Part shown: positions 11,991 to 23,499 of the stretch, one piece after another
How positions within the stretch are numbered: position 1 is the first letter of the stretch
Layout of the letters: each line of letters begins with the position of its first letter
Assembly (NCBI RefSeq): GCF_018977255.1
Contig: NW_024704742.1
Location: forward strand, 77,192,001-77,256,000
Source: Callorhinchus milii
Taxonomy: Eukaryota
DNA: 64,000 nucleotides
Direction of reading: 5' to 3'
Position numbers and translations under genes: made by a program
The notes under the pieces: model-generated
Seen by the model: the letters and a program-made list of their open reading frames with translations, nothing else
Database searches by the model: none
What the model was told of the DNA's origin: nothing

Positions 11991-14449
11991 AAATGAGGTA
12001 ATTCTGCTAATAGTGTTGTGGTTTAAAAAATAGTATAATATGTTTGTAAACTTCACAAGTCACATAACCAAAACTGTATATATCACTGCAATCAAACCTC
12101 ACTTGTCCAAATAGATTCGAATATATTCGAAACTTTTCCAAATTGATTAATCACCTGTCTGAATACACCTCCAGTTCTTTGTTACAATTAGTTACAGTAA
12201 CTTGGAAACTCAAGGTAGACTCAAATTATTTTGACGTTAAGTAAAATTAGATTATTACAGTACAATCTAATAAATCATCGTTTCACACCCTTTAACATAA
12301 ATTCTCTGCAGTGATTCGATTAACAGTTTCTGCGCTGAACTTATACATTAGATCTGAATGCTTCACTGTTCCAAATGAGGGCTTTCTGACCTGTATATAC
12401 AAACAGTATCCCATTGTAATTGTTTTTGCCGGCTATACGTTAGTTTCCCATTGTCTGTGTTCGAACAGGAGCTGAAAGTAAACTCCAGCAGCTAAAGAGT
12501 GGAGCCCTTAGCTGAGCTGAGGTCAGATATTGCCATTACCTCTTATAAAAGCATGCTCTTGTTCTCATCAGGCGGGTGCTGCTGTCTGTCAGTAAGCTGC
12601 AGAAAGGTAAGACTTATCTTCAAAGCTGCACATTTCATCCTCCCTTCAGAGCCAATCATTCTCCTCAGAACAGTGGGTACAAAGGCATCTACAGTCACCT
12701 AGCTTTGACACACGTCTTGTTTTCTGTTAAATAAACTAAGAAAGTGCACTGAACTCAGATAATAGCAGTCCCATTTCCTTCATATTTTCTCGCTTGTCTT
12801 TTTCCCTTCAGTGAATGCAGGGATTCAATGCTTGATGAATGCTATCATATTTTTGATCTAAAACTCAATTTAAGCAAAATTAAAAAAAAATAGACTACAG
12901 TGATATTCTCACACCTTACCCTTTGAAGAACTTTGAGATGGTAAGATACTTACTGGGTGGTATATTTGGAGGATTGTAAATAAACCTCCATATTTCAATA
13001 TGTTTTTTCATTTTATTTTATTTTTTCTTAATAAAAACTCATAGTTGTAAAATTGTGAAGTATTTCTGGTAACTTGAGGAATGCCATGCCAACCACTGGA
13101 TCTCTGCTCAGATTCAATCATCAAAGCAATGTTCCCGCAAATAGGTGTGAACTTAGAATTCATTGAGGAATACCGCGAATTAGTCAGCTCCTCAAAAAGG
13201 AGACTTTCCCTTCAATTCAAACTCCTGTTTGTTTAAAAATGTTTTGAACCCCTAATGGAAATCTGTTGCTTTGGAACTGTGCACACAGTTTGGGATTTTT
13301 AAAAAAAAATTCAGTAAATTGTACAATCGTGTTTAATTAAACTCTTTTTCAAGTTCTGTTATAGATATCACCTACTGCTTCTGTGTTAATCCATTCTCAA
13401 ATCTCAGGCTATCAGACTGGATGTCTTCACTGGTCTGCTAAATTGCCGTGCTCCATCCAGTATCCACTGATCACACTGATCCAAATACTTATTAATATCG
13501 GCAGGCTGGCTGCTATTAGCCCTCATTGAGAAATTAACTCTTCCTGGGCTAGCTTTCCTCCATTGTCTAAATGTAATGAACTTGTAAATCTGCGCTTATA
13601 AACAGCTGCAATGAAACCATCCTTTTTTTTAAAAAAAAGCATTTTTAAAAAAGATATAATTTACAAGAACGTTGCAGTTATTTACAAGTGAACAGTAACA
13701 ATATTGTACTTAATTTAGCGAATGTTAAATTATAGCCCAACACACACTCACCTATCTACACTCACAAACACACTCACACAAACATACATGCTGAATTTGT
13801 CACATTCAGTGAATGGAGCAGACTACAACCCCGCTGGGTCTTTAATTTTTTAACCTACCGCGGGAAATCTTTGCCCACCGACAGTGAGAGAAACAAAAGG
13901 AGTTCATTAGAAAGGTCACGGTCAAACAAACTCATCAGCTTGACGGCCTGTGGTCACATCGCCGCGTTGAAGATTATAATCAAAGACCGAAACTACTATG
14001 TTGTGAACGCCAGCAATACAATGCATAATAAGCGCTGTCCAGAGCCTGAGCACTTCTGACACCAAAGGTGCTGCTGACTTTGGTTCTCTGCTCCTACTTT
14101 AAGTGATCATTGGAACAGTAGAGTCACAGGCAGCAGTCAGATTGGTTTTATTACATGGCTTGGTGAATCAAGTTTACAAAGGCTGTAAAGACATTCACAT
14201 GAGCTGCTTGTGAATCATCTCGACAAACACACACACATACTCACACGTCAAATAAATCCTTTCTCTTTCTGCAGCAGGTGATGGGGAAACACCGCTGAAT
14301 CCAAAAGTGTAATAAAATAAGAAGCAAGAGGGGGATCTGCAGGGGCCAGCGGTTTGATAACCTTGGGGTCTGCAGGTATGTCGTGAACTACTGTACCGCT
14401 GCTCCCACATCACTTTTTTTTTACAAAACTTTTACACAAATCGGTTCCA

Positions 14450-14994
14450 TCTGTCGTGTCCAAGTAGGAAGTTGTAGCCTTTGGCAAAGTGCCGCTGGGT
14501 CCAGCTGCTGCCGCTACCTGTGTGTTCTGAGCTGAGTAGACTGTATGTCATCTGAACCGTGCCCTGCCAGTGTCACACAAACTCCTGTTTATTTGTGAAG
14601 GGATATTAATTCCAGGCAATTAAAGACTCCCCTTTACCATATTGTCAGGACCCCGCAACTTATTAAACAATAAACAACAGACAAGCATGGAAACAAATGT
14701 AGGCAGTTTTGTGTCTTGAAATCCAGCAAGCCACCCACTCACAAAACTTTAAGTCCTTATACACACAAAGAGCTTTTGCCAGCTTCTCTTCTCCCCCCCC
14801 AACCCCCACCCCCCACCCCTCTCCGCTCCACCTCGAAGTCAGATCCTTGTCACTATGTCTGTGAGTTTGGGGTATTGGTGGTGAGGAAGCTTCTCCCATG
14901 ATGCAGCCCGATAAGGATTGGCCTACATGTAGCCCAGCATGCCACTGCTGATGTTTCCTTGATTAGGTGTCTTATCTTCCACGAGCTGCATCAG
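14450..14994 (+). promoter_or_regulatory. Putative promoter/5' leader of the distal NFIA exon
   Basis: Unique repeat-free DNA directly upstream of the exon; NFI-like site TTGGC-N5-GCCGC 14481-14495; C-tract cluster 14793-14819; ATTGG (reverse CCAAT) at ~14917; several uATGs. TSS cannot be located from sequence. Confidence 0.5.
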
Positions 14995-15090
14995 ATGAAG
15001 GCTGCTGACAGCGTAATGGCTGGGAAAGCATCGGACGGCTCCATAAAATGGCAGCTGTGTTATGACATGTCAGCCAGGACTTGGTGGATG
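14995..15090 (+). CDS. NFIA: Distal alternative first coding exon of nuclear factor I A (32 aa: MKAADSVMAGKASDGSIKWQLCYDMSARTWWM), phase-0 donor
   Basis: Manual translation from ATG 14995; in-frame TGA at 14899 and no earlier in-frame ATG; donor ATG|GTGAGT at 15090/15091. Differs at 2 of 32 residues from the mouse Nfia N-terminus as I recall it; phase 0 fits joining to exon 2 (DEFHPF...). Confidence 0.92.
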
Positions 15091-15522
15091 GTGAGTTGGC
15101 AGTGATAAGACTTTTTTTTCTGCTTTTTTTTAAAAAAAATGTTTCCCCCCCCCTCCTTCATTGTAACAATCCAAAGTGTTATCATCCGAAAACCAGAAAG
15201 TACACAATTTCTGCACATCTCAGAGCTGCGATGCCTCAACACCCAAATCACTTGCAGAGCCACTGTACTACAAGGCTTTGTGTTCTCTCGTGCAGGGGCA
15301 CAGGAGCCTGGATTTTGTGAACGAGTGGACGAGGCATGGGTTTTTGTGGAGGGGCAAAAAAAATTAAAATTGAACACTGTGCGCCAACTTGGCTTCTGTA
15401 TGAATGAAGACTTGAAGTGCTCTCAAATCAAACCTGATGTGTCATAACACTTTTGATTAATTGCTCCCGAGTTGTTCTACACATTTTCAGGTCAACGCTT
15501 GTGCTCATTTTTTGTTCATTGC

Positions 15523-15598
15523 TTTCTCTCTCTCTTTTTCTGTGTGTGTGTGTGTGTGTGCGTCTCTCTTTCTCTCTCTCTCTCTTTCTCTCTCTCTC
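15523..15598. repeat. Compound microsatellite (CT)n(TG)n(CT)n
   Basis: Read directly from the sequence. Confidence 0.95.
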
Positions 15599-18500
15599 AC
15601 AACTATTCAATGAACTTTTACTGGAACTGTTCTGTGCAGCGACTTGTTCTATGTTCGATTCTGCAGCCCCCCACACTTTCAACTCATTGAATGTGCTTCC
15701 TTTATAATGAGAGCAGTAGTGAAGCCACCACTAATTAATATGCTATTTGGCCTCATTATTTATTTGTTAATGAGGCCATGCATATTCAGTCAGCCAGTCT
15801 TTGTTTTTTCTACAGTGCAGCTTTAATTATTCCGTGTTCGTACAATTCCTCCCCCCACCACCCCAAAAAAACTCCACTGTCCCTTCAAACAAAAAGCAAG
15901 TTCAGTTTTAACAGTGGTTAGTAGAAGCAAAACTTTCTTCGCTCACGCAAGCAATACATTACATTTTGTGCATGTTCTCATTTGTAATACAGACAATAGT
16001 TCCTTGTATACTCACTTCGGTCGTGAATGAAGACCTTCTGCTGGCTGGCATTCTGTTATGAATATTAATTTCACTCTTAGACTTGCTTTGTCCGAAGGAG
16101 TAATTTTCTCATTCCGATTGCTTGTTTGCCTCGGGTAATTATTATGCTTACTGCATCGTCTGTTTTTTTCACAATTAGTACAGTGTTGAGACAATGGGTA
16201 CTTTATCCCTGTCCAGCGGGTAAGGAGAGCTCCAGTGGGCTGTGCAACCAAGTGCCTAGGTGGAATGCAGTTCTCAGACTGCTGTCTTCCTACATTGTTT
16301 CGGCAAAGATTTGTCTTGCTTAATTCATTTTATTGCTGGAAACGTATACTTTTCTGCTCACGAATATTGGACCATGGAGCATTTTTCTGAAGGATCTTTG
16401 TTGTCATGCCTTTTCAGCTGTGTTGTCCATGTTGGTTAATAGACTACAGCCTGTGTTGAGTCAGAAAAGACGAGAAAAGAGGAAACTAAACTGCCTGTTG
16501 CTAGCTGCAGGGCTAGAACAAATTGTCACTGTTGAACATATTTTGATGGACTTGCTTATCAAAAGGCAATTTTCCAGGACGTAGCAATTCTGTCAGTTTT
16601 GCATCCCTTGTGCTGTGGAGGTTTGTCAAATAGTTTGTTTGAATGTTTATATATTTTTTAGTTTCTTTTCACAAAGTTTGTTTCTGTGTTGCCTGAAAAT
16701 AGCAAGGTTAAATGTATCTGCATTTTCCGTACTTTGAAAATGTAACGATTTTTTTCCCCGAAATCTCCAAACTACAAGCCAAAGTTTTGCGTTAACTTTT
16801 ATTATTGAAAGCATACCATAATATTCAACTGGCCTCCATGATACAGCTATTTATGATACTCTGCTGACATCAAATCAAAACTCTGAGCTGTGTTAGAAAT
16901 CAGTTATTTTAATTTTTAGTTTGAATATTTATTTGTTAAAAAATCATATTGCTCCAATGATTGCTAAAACGTGAATGCCCCACTCAGTTATTTTACTTTT
17001 GACTGCAGCATCATTATTTTTGCGTGCGCACCATACAAACTGGGAATTTGTTGTTTTCTCATTAATTTCTCCAGTTCACTATTTTCCCTATTGCTCCGCA
17101 CTGAATTCATCAGGTCGTAACGAGAGCAGCAAACACTGAATTGCCGGCCTGACTAACAGACCTGCTTGTTGCAAAATGTCTTTCACTAAGGTACATTTCA
17201 AACAAGTGTCCAGTGATAAGATGTTGTCAAAATATTAGTCATGTTTATTCAGAAAACAAATCCCACTTGAAAAGATTGAAAAATAAACAGTTCTCATGCG
17301 TTTCTGATAGCGTTAGAGAATTCTGATTGCTGAGTGCTCTCATTTGCCAATCATATTACTTTAAGGGGTTTACAGCTTACTGTGTGTATTTTTTATCTTT
17401 TATAGTCCTCATTGTTTTATTTCATATTAGATCTCCTTGACCCTCATATTAAACAGAGCCATAAAAGCACAAATTAGATCCAATTGATCTTCTTAATAAA
17501 ACAGCAACATAAATGTACACAATATAACACGCACAAGGCATGATAGAATTGGAAACAATTTATGGTATTGCATAGGACAATCACTTCCAGAATTTTAATT
17601 CCTAACATAAATGGGTGATGAATTAAAATGAATGAATTAACCAATCTAGTACCATCAGGGCAGCAGAAGTGTAAGAACATTTAAATAAATGCACTAAAAA
17701 TATATCATCTACCCAGCAATTGGCAATCCACAAAGTTCATAAATCTATAAGTGCATCTTGCAACAACTGATGATTGACATATTTGTAACTCTCCCATAGG
17801 CACAACAGAGTTGGTGAGCCACTGTTAGGATGGAGACAATTATGACATTTTAATGAATAGAGATTGAGATTTTTTTTTTTTCTCTGTCAAAACTCCAGCG
17901 CATTAACCGTTGTCACTTCAGTATTTAAATTGTCGTCTTGTTGAGTAACCTAGAAGAGATTCTTTCCTAATAAAATTTATGCTTTCCTTATTATTGACTA
18001 TTCCATCGATGCACTAACACTGTATTAATCATTGCCTTGGTGTAATTCATCAGCGTTTAGAGAATGTACAGCGACATTTCTGTTCAATGGGACAGATTAG
18101 CTTTTAAGCTCTTCAGATAAATTGTTTTTGAAATGTTAAATCTTTGTACCATTATTTTGTTTAATTTGAAATTTATTTTAATAAATTCTTTTTTATTGGG
18201 GGGTTTCTTCTAGTTAAAATGTGGAATCAATTATGAAAAAGCTATGGCATAAAATGCTTTTCTTCCAATTAATTATTTTGTATTTGCTTTATCAGTGATG
18301 TGAAGAAATGCATTCAGCTCCAAACAGTGTTGCAGGGCTGGGGAATAATTAGTTGTGGCAGGAATAAACAAAGGAAAATAGTTAATAATAATAATCCTTA
18401 CATTTGACATAGCGTCTTATCACATCTTTGAGATGTCACAAAGCGCTTTGCAGAATATATTGTAATATAGTATAGTTAATATAGTTGGGTAAAAAATAAT

Positions 18501-18688
18501 TTTGGTGTCTCCTTCGGTGTCACATTAGCACCTCCTGATACACTTTAGAGTCTTTTAACACAGACTATTAACAAATACATTCATTTACAAATGCAGTCAC
18601 TGTGCTTTAATTCTTCTGAAGCACTTTGCATTGTTTTGACAATATAATATGGTACTATATCAGATGCAAGGATCATTATTATATATAT

Positions 18689-19014
18689 AGTGGAGTCCTG
18701 TAGCTCAGTGGTTAGAGCACTCGCTTTGCAAGTGAGAGACCTGGGTTCAATTCCAGGCAGAGGGCGAAACCTTGGGCAAGTTTCCTTACTCCACACGCCT
18801 GATAATAATCCCTCCAAAACAAAAACAATAATAAATTGGTCATTTTCAATCTACGACTGTTTGTGGGACATTGCTGTGCGCAATTGGCTGCCGCGTTCGC
18901 CCACAAATATACAGTCAATTCACTTTACAGTCTATTCTGTGAAGCGCTTTGGGACGTCCTCCCGACGTGAAAAGCGCTATATCAAATGCAAGGATTATTA
19001 TTATTATTATTATT
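18689..19014 (+). mobile_element. Young full-length tRNA-Ala-derived SINE (~325 bp) with L2-like 3' end
   Basis: A box TAGCTCAGTGG, B box GGTTCAATTCC, anticodon arm CTCGC-TTTGCAA-GTGAG (TGC), 3' stem-loop AGCGCTTT...AAAGCGCT, (TTA)n tail. Confidence 0.92.
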
Positions 19015-20465
19015 GTATAATATATAGTATATCAGTGCATAGTAATATATGGTATTTATAATTTTATACATAACTAGCTCTAATGTATTACTGTATGCTA
19101 ATATATTATTATCATACAGTAATAAATTAATATTAGTACACAGTATAATATTGATGTGTGTGGTCACAATCCAATGATACATATGACAATGAGTAAAGGT
19201 TTGAAAACTTAGAATTTTGAGGCATTGCTATTATTGCAAAATTAGATTCTATTACTTTGTGTGTAATGTTTATTAAATTAAAATCACTTCACTCCAATGG
19301 ATATTTAAAGAGAGATTTCATTGCAATTCTTTGACAAAGTTGAGACCTGTTGCCAGATTTCCCATTCATAGTCTTTAAGTCGATCTTCAGAAACATGTAC
19401 CAAGGAATGAGGGCCTGAGGTTGTCTGGAAATGTATATGAAGATTTGCCATTGCATTTCCTGCCTTCATATGGGCAGCGGACATGAAGAAGCTTCAACAT
19501 TGTACGATATTCAAGAATCAGGCAAATGCTGTCTGCTCTTTTGTCAATTCTCAAGGCATAGCAGGATTGCAAACAACCTCTGGTATCGCACAAGACATTC
19601 ACCAGCAAATAAGGGTAGTTAAATTAACAAAAATATTTTGTTAAAAGATGTAGAACATTGTTTATATATTCATAAATATATATATCCTGGCATCTTGGGA
19701 TGTCCTCCCTACGTGAAAAATGCATTATAAATGCAATTTGTTGTTGCTGTAAATGAACTTGTTTGTAGCTCCATGGAGCTCCATGGAGCAACAATCAGAA
19801 TTTGGAAAAAAAACAAATGGGAAAAGACAGTCTTAAATTTTGTGAACTGTCCACTCCTGTTGTGTGGCCAATTGATTGAAACATTTGTTTGCTTTTATAA
19901 ATTAAAACTGTGTTTGCAAATTTTTCCACCGATGGATGACTGCTTTGCTTCAAATCCTCATGCATTTCACTCAACAATCTCGTAAACTCCACAACATCAA
20001 CCTGTCAATCAAAGAAAAACAAAGAAAAGTTCACTTAAAATAAAACAAGACTCTTTGTCAAATATTATCTATTTGTATCGATTAAGCATAGGTGTAGACT
20101 GATGATTTGTATAACCAAGGTCTGTGAACCATATGCCTTACTCATGTTTTTTTAAATACTCTCCCTCCTTGTAGCACAATATGATAAATGGAGACATGTG
20201 ATATCACGCACTTATTGGCTCCAGAGCCCACACAAAATAACAGCGATTTAAAAAGAGGATGTATAATGTCATCACATTATCAAAAATTGGGGTCGAAAAC
20301 TGTGTTTAACTGACTTTTTTCAGGTGTGAAACAACCCCTCCCTCCCACTTCAACGCAATGCATTGGCCTACAAATAACAATAATAATCCTTGTATTTGAT
20401 ATGATAATAATAAACCTTGCATTTGATATAGCACCTTATCACGTCTTCTAGACGTCTCAAAGCGC

Positions 20466-20683
20466 ATCTCCTCCACTCTCGCCCGACTCCATTGGCTCCC
20501 TATCCTTCAGAGGATCCAGTTCAAGATTCTGGTGCTCACCTACAAAGCCCTCCATAGCCTCGCCCCACCCTACCTCTGCGCCCTCCTAACCCCCTACCAA
20601 CCCGCCCGTTCCCTCCACTCAGCCAGCTCCAGCCTGCTCCACATGAAAGGCGCTATACAAATGTAATCTTGTTGTTGTTGTTG
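20466..20683 (+). mobile_element. L2 3' fragment with internal deletion and (TTG)n tail
   Basis: Encodes an LARLHWLPI...QFKILVLTYKALH-like peptide, then jumps to the tail; flanked by SINE pieces. Confidence 0.85.
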
Positions 20684-20684
20684 C

Positions 20685-20840
20685 CGGGAATTGAACCCAA
20701 GCCATCTCGCTTGCGAGGCAAGTGCTCTAACTGCTGAGCTACAGGACTCCACTGGATATAGGCCTTATCACTTCGGTGAGAAATTTCAAAGCGCTTCACA
20801 GAATATACTGTAAAGTGGACTGACTGTATATTTTGTTTGT
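20685..20840 (-). mobile_element. tRNA-Ala SINE head (CGC anticodon variant) next to a SINE tail fragment
   Basis: Reverse strand agtggagtcctgtagctcagcagttagagcacttgcctcgcaagcgaga...ggttcaattccc. Confidence 0.8.
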
Positions 20841-20972
20841 GAAACACTAAGCCCCGATTGCCACATTGCCACACTCGGAGCCCAGGTTTTGGTGCCATTG
20901 AGTGAGATACTACCTTAACATGTTGTCCTGTGAAGCTGCACTGAAACATTACTCTCTGTAGGTGGCAACAGC

Positions 20973-21300
20973 AATAATAATAATACTAATAATAATAATC
21001 CTTGCCTTTGATATAGCGCTTTTCACGTCTTCGAGACATCCCAAAGCGCTTCACAGAATATACTGTAAAGTGAATTGACTGTATATTTGTGGGCGAACGC
21101 GGCAGCCAATTGCGTACAGCAATGTCCCACAAACAGGCGTTGATTGAAGATGACCAATTTATTATTGTTTTTGTTTTTTGGAGGATTATTATTAGGCATA
21201 TGGAGTAAGGAAACTTGCCCAAGGTTTTGCCCTGCCTGGAATTGAACTCAGGTGTCTTGCTTGCAAAGCGAGTGCTCTAACCGCTGAGCTACAGGACTCC
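20973..21300 (-). mobile_element. Young full-length tRNA-Ala SINE
   Basis: Close reverse-complement match to 18689-19014 over its length. Confidence 0.92.
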
Positions 21301-21702
21301 GCAATGGTAATGTGAAAAGCCTCTTGCTAACTCATTGAGCCAAAGTCAGGCGTGGAGGGTGTTCACACTTAACCCAGTTGATAATTGGATAACCCAGCGC
21401 TTTGGGACATCCTCCTGATGTGAAAGATGCTATACAAATTTGTTGCTTTTTTTTGTAATTACTGTATTTGAACACAATTTTCTGCAATGTGGTTACATAA
21501 TGCATTTTTCATCTCATCCTCTCTACAACATACTTCTTGAGGTTCACGTTGAGTTGCATTGTAACCATCTTCACGCCTGATTACATGGTTTCTGTTCCCA
21601 ATTCTTTTCTCTGAAGAAAGTTACCAATGTATAATTTTACTTTGAGGCATTTGAAAGAAGCTGCTATAATGAGGGATATTCTGCTCTGTGTAGTTGGAGT
21701 TT

Positions 21703-22990
21703 ACAACAACAACTTGGATTTATATAGCGCCCTCCACCTCAGACAACGTCTCAGTAACTTCACAGTAACGGATCCCGGGACTGAGCCAGTGGGAGGGGGA
21801 GGAAGGTGACCAAAGGCGCGGTCGTAAAGAAAGGCCTTCAGCAGAGACCTGAAAATGGGAAGAGAGGGAGCGAGACAAAGGGAGTGAGGAAGGCAGTTCC
21901 AGAGCCTCGGGGCATAGTGTCTGAAGGCACAGCCGCCGAGGGTGGAGCGGAGGACTCGGGGGACGAGGAGGAGGCCAGACCCGGAGGAATGAAGGCAATG
22001 GGTACTGATTTGAGGAAAGAAGAGGTCAGAGAAGTAGGGGAGTGGAGGAGTTCAGAGACTTGAATACAAGGGTGAGCATCCTGAAGTCGATCCTCTCTGG
22101 GATAGGCAGCCAGTGCAGTCTGGCAAGGACTGGGGTGATCGGGGAGCGGAGTTTGGTGCGGGTGAGAATGCGGGCGGCAGAGGTTTGAATGATTTAGATT
22201 TTGTGGATGGTAGTGGATGGGAGACTGGCGAGGAGGGTATTAGAGTAGTCCAGCCGAGAGGTGACAGAGGCATGGACCAGAGTTTCAGTTGTAATTGGGG
22301 AGAGGTATTGGTGGAGACGGGCGATGCGTCAAAAGTGGAAGAAAGCGGTGCTGGTGAGGGACCTGATGTGGGGGAAGAAGGATAATTGGGGGTCGAACCT
22401 GACGCTTAGGTTGCGTACGGGTTCGGAGAATTTTAGGAGGAGGTTGGGTAGGTGGAGGAGGTGAGAGCTGTAAGATTTTAGACGCTGACGAGAGCCAAAG
22501 AGTACGGCGTCCGTCTTGTCAACGTTCAGCTGAAGGAAATTTGCGCTCATCCAGCCCCTGAGATCTGACAGGCAGACTGACAGAACATCAGGGGACTGGG
22601 GGTCGCAAAGAGAGGTGGAAAAATGAGTTGGGTGTCCCCTGCATACATGGGGAAGTGTACCCCATGTCTGTGGATGACATCCCCTAGAGGGAGGACATAG
22701 ATCAGAAAGAGGAGGGGGCCAAGGATGGATCCTTGGGGTACCACGCAGGTGATCGGGTGAGAGTGGGAGGAGAAGCCGTTTGTATAGATGTACTGCTGGC
22801 GGTTTGTGAGGTAGGACTTGAACCAGGTGAGTGCGGTCTCACTGAGGTGGATGACGGAGGAAAGGAGGTGGAGGAGGATGGTGTGATCGACTGTGCCGAA
22901 CGTGGCAGAGAGGTCCAGGAGGACAAGGAGGCAGAAGGAGCCCTGGTCACAGATAGAGAGGATGTCGTTTGTGACTTTCACAAGCGCAGT
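21703..22990 (-). mobile_element. 5'-truncated L2 LINE (second subfamily)
   Basis: RT motifs KVTNDIL, LLDLSATF, VVPQGSILGP, YAGD; 3'UTR matches 58085-58583; (CAA)n tail. Confidence 0.93.
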
Positions 22991-23499
22991 CCCTGTACCA
23001 TGGGCAGGGCGGACATGTTTGCATCTTGAATTGCTTTCCTTTGCTATGAATTATTGCATGTTAGGAATCAGGGTGATGCAGATAGAGAACAGCAGGCAGC
23101 CTGAATAAGATCTTTCAAACCGCATCAGCACATCAAAAATGTCTTTGTTATATCAACAGCAAAGCACATGGGACAGTAAATAGAAAATAGTAGATTTTAG
23201 AAAATAATAGGCAGGATTATCACCAAGGCGATCAGGTGATTTATAAAAATAACTTGCATTTGATATAGTGCCTTATCACGTCATTGAGACCCCTCAAAGC
23301 CCTTCGCAGGATATACTGTAAAGTGAATTGATTGTATATTTTATGAGCGAAACACGGCAGCCATTTATGCACAGAACACAAAATAAAAATGCCTGAGAGT
23401 GAATACAAAATATGTGTGTGTGTGTGTGGACAGCATGTGGTAACAGAGCATGCGTGTTCATGCCATTTCATTTAGAGGATGGATTTTCACACACTCACC

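Noticed and set aside
13290..13655. Palindromic TnAn tracts
   Set aside because: Low-complexity motif that recurs elsewhere (15123, 29522) with no specific evidence of function.
15081..15707. Overlapping ORFs just after the NFIA exon
   Set aside because: They read through the donor into homopolymers and microsatellite; intronic noise.
18692..18766. tRNA-Ala gene
   Set aside because: It runs directly into a SINE body and tail and recurs in several copies, so it is a SINE head.
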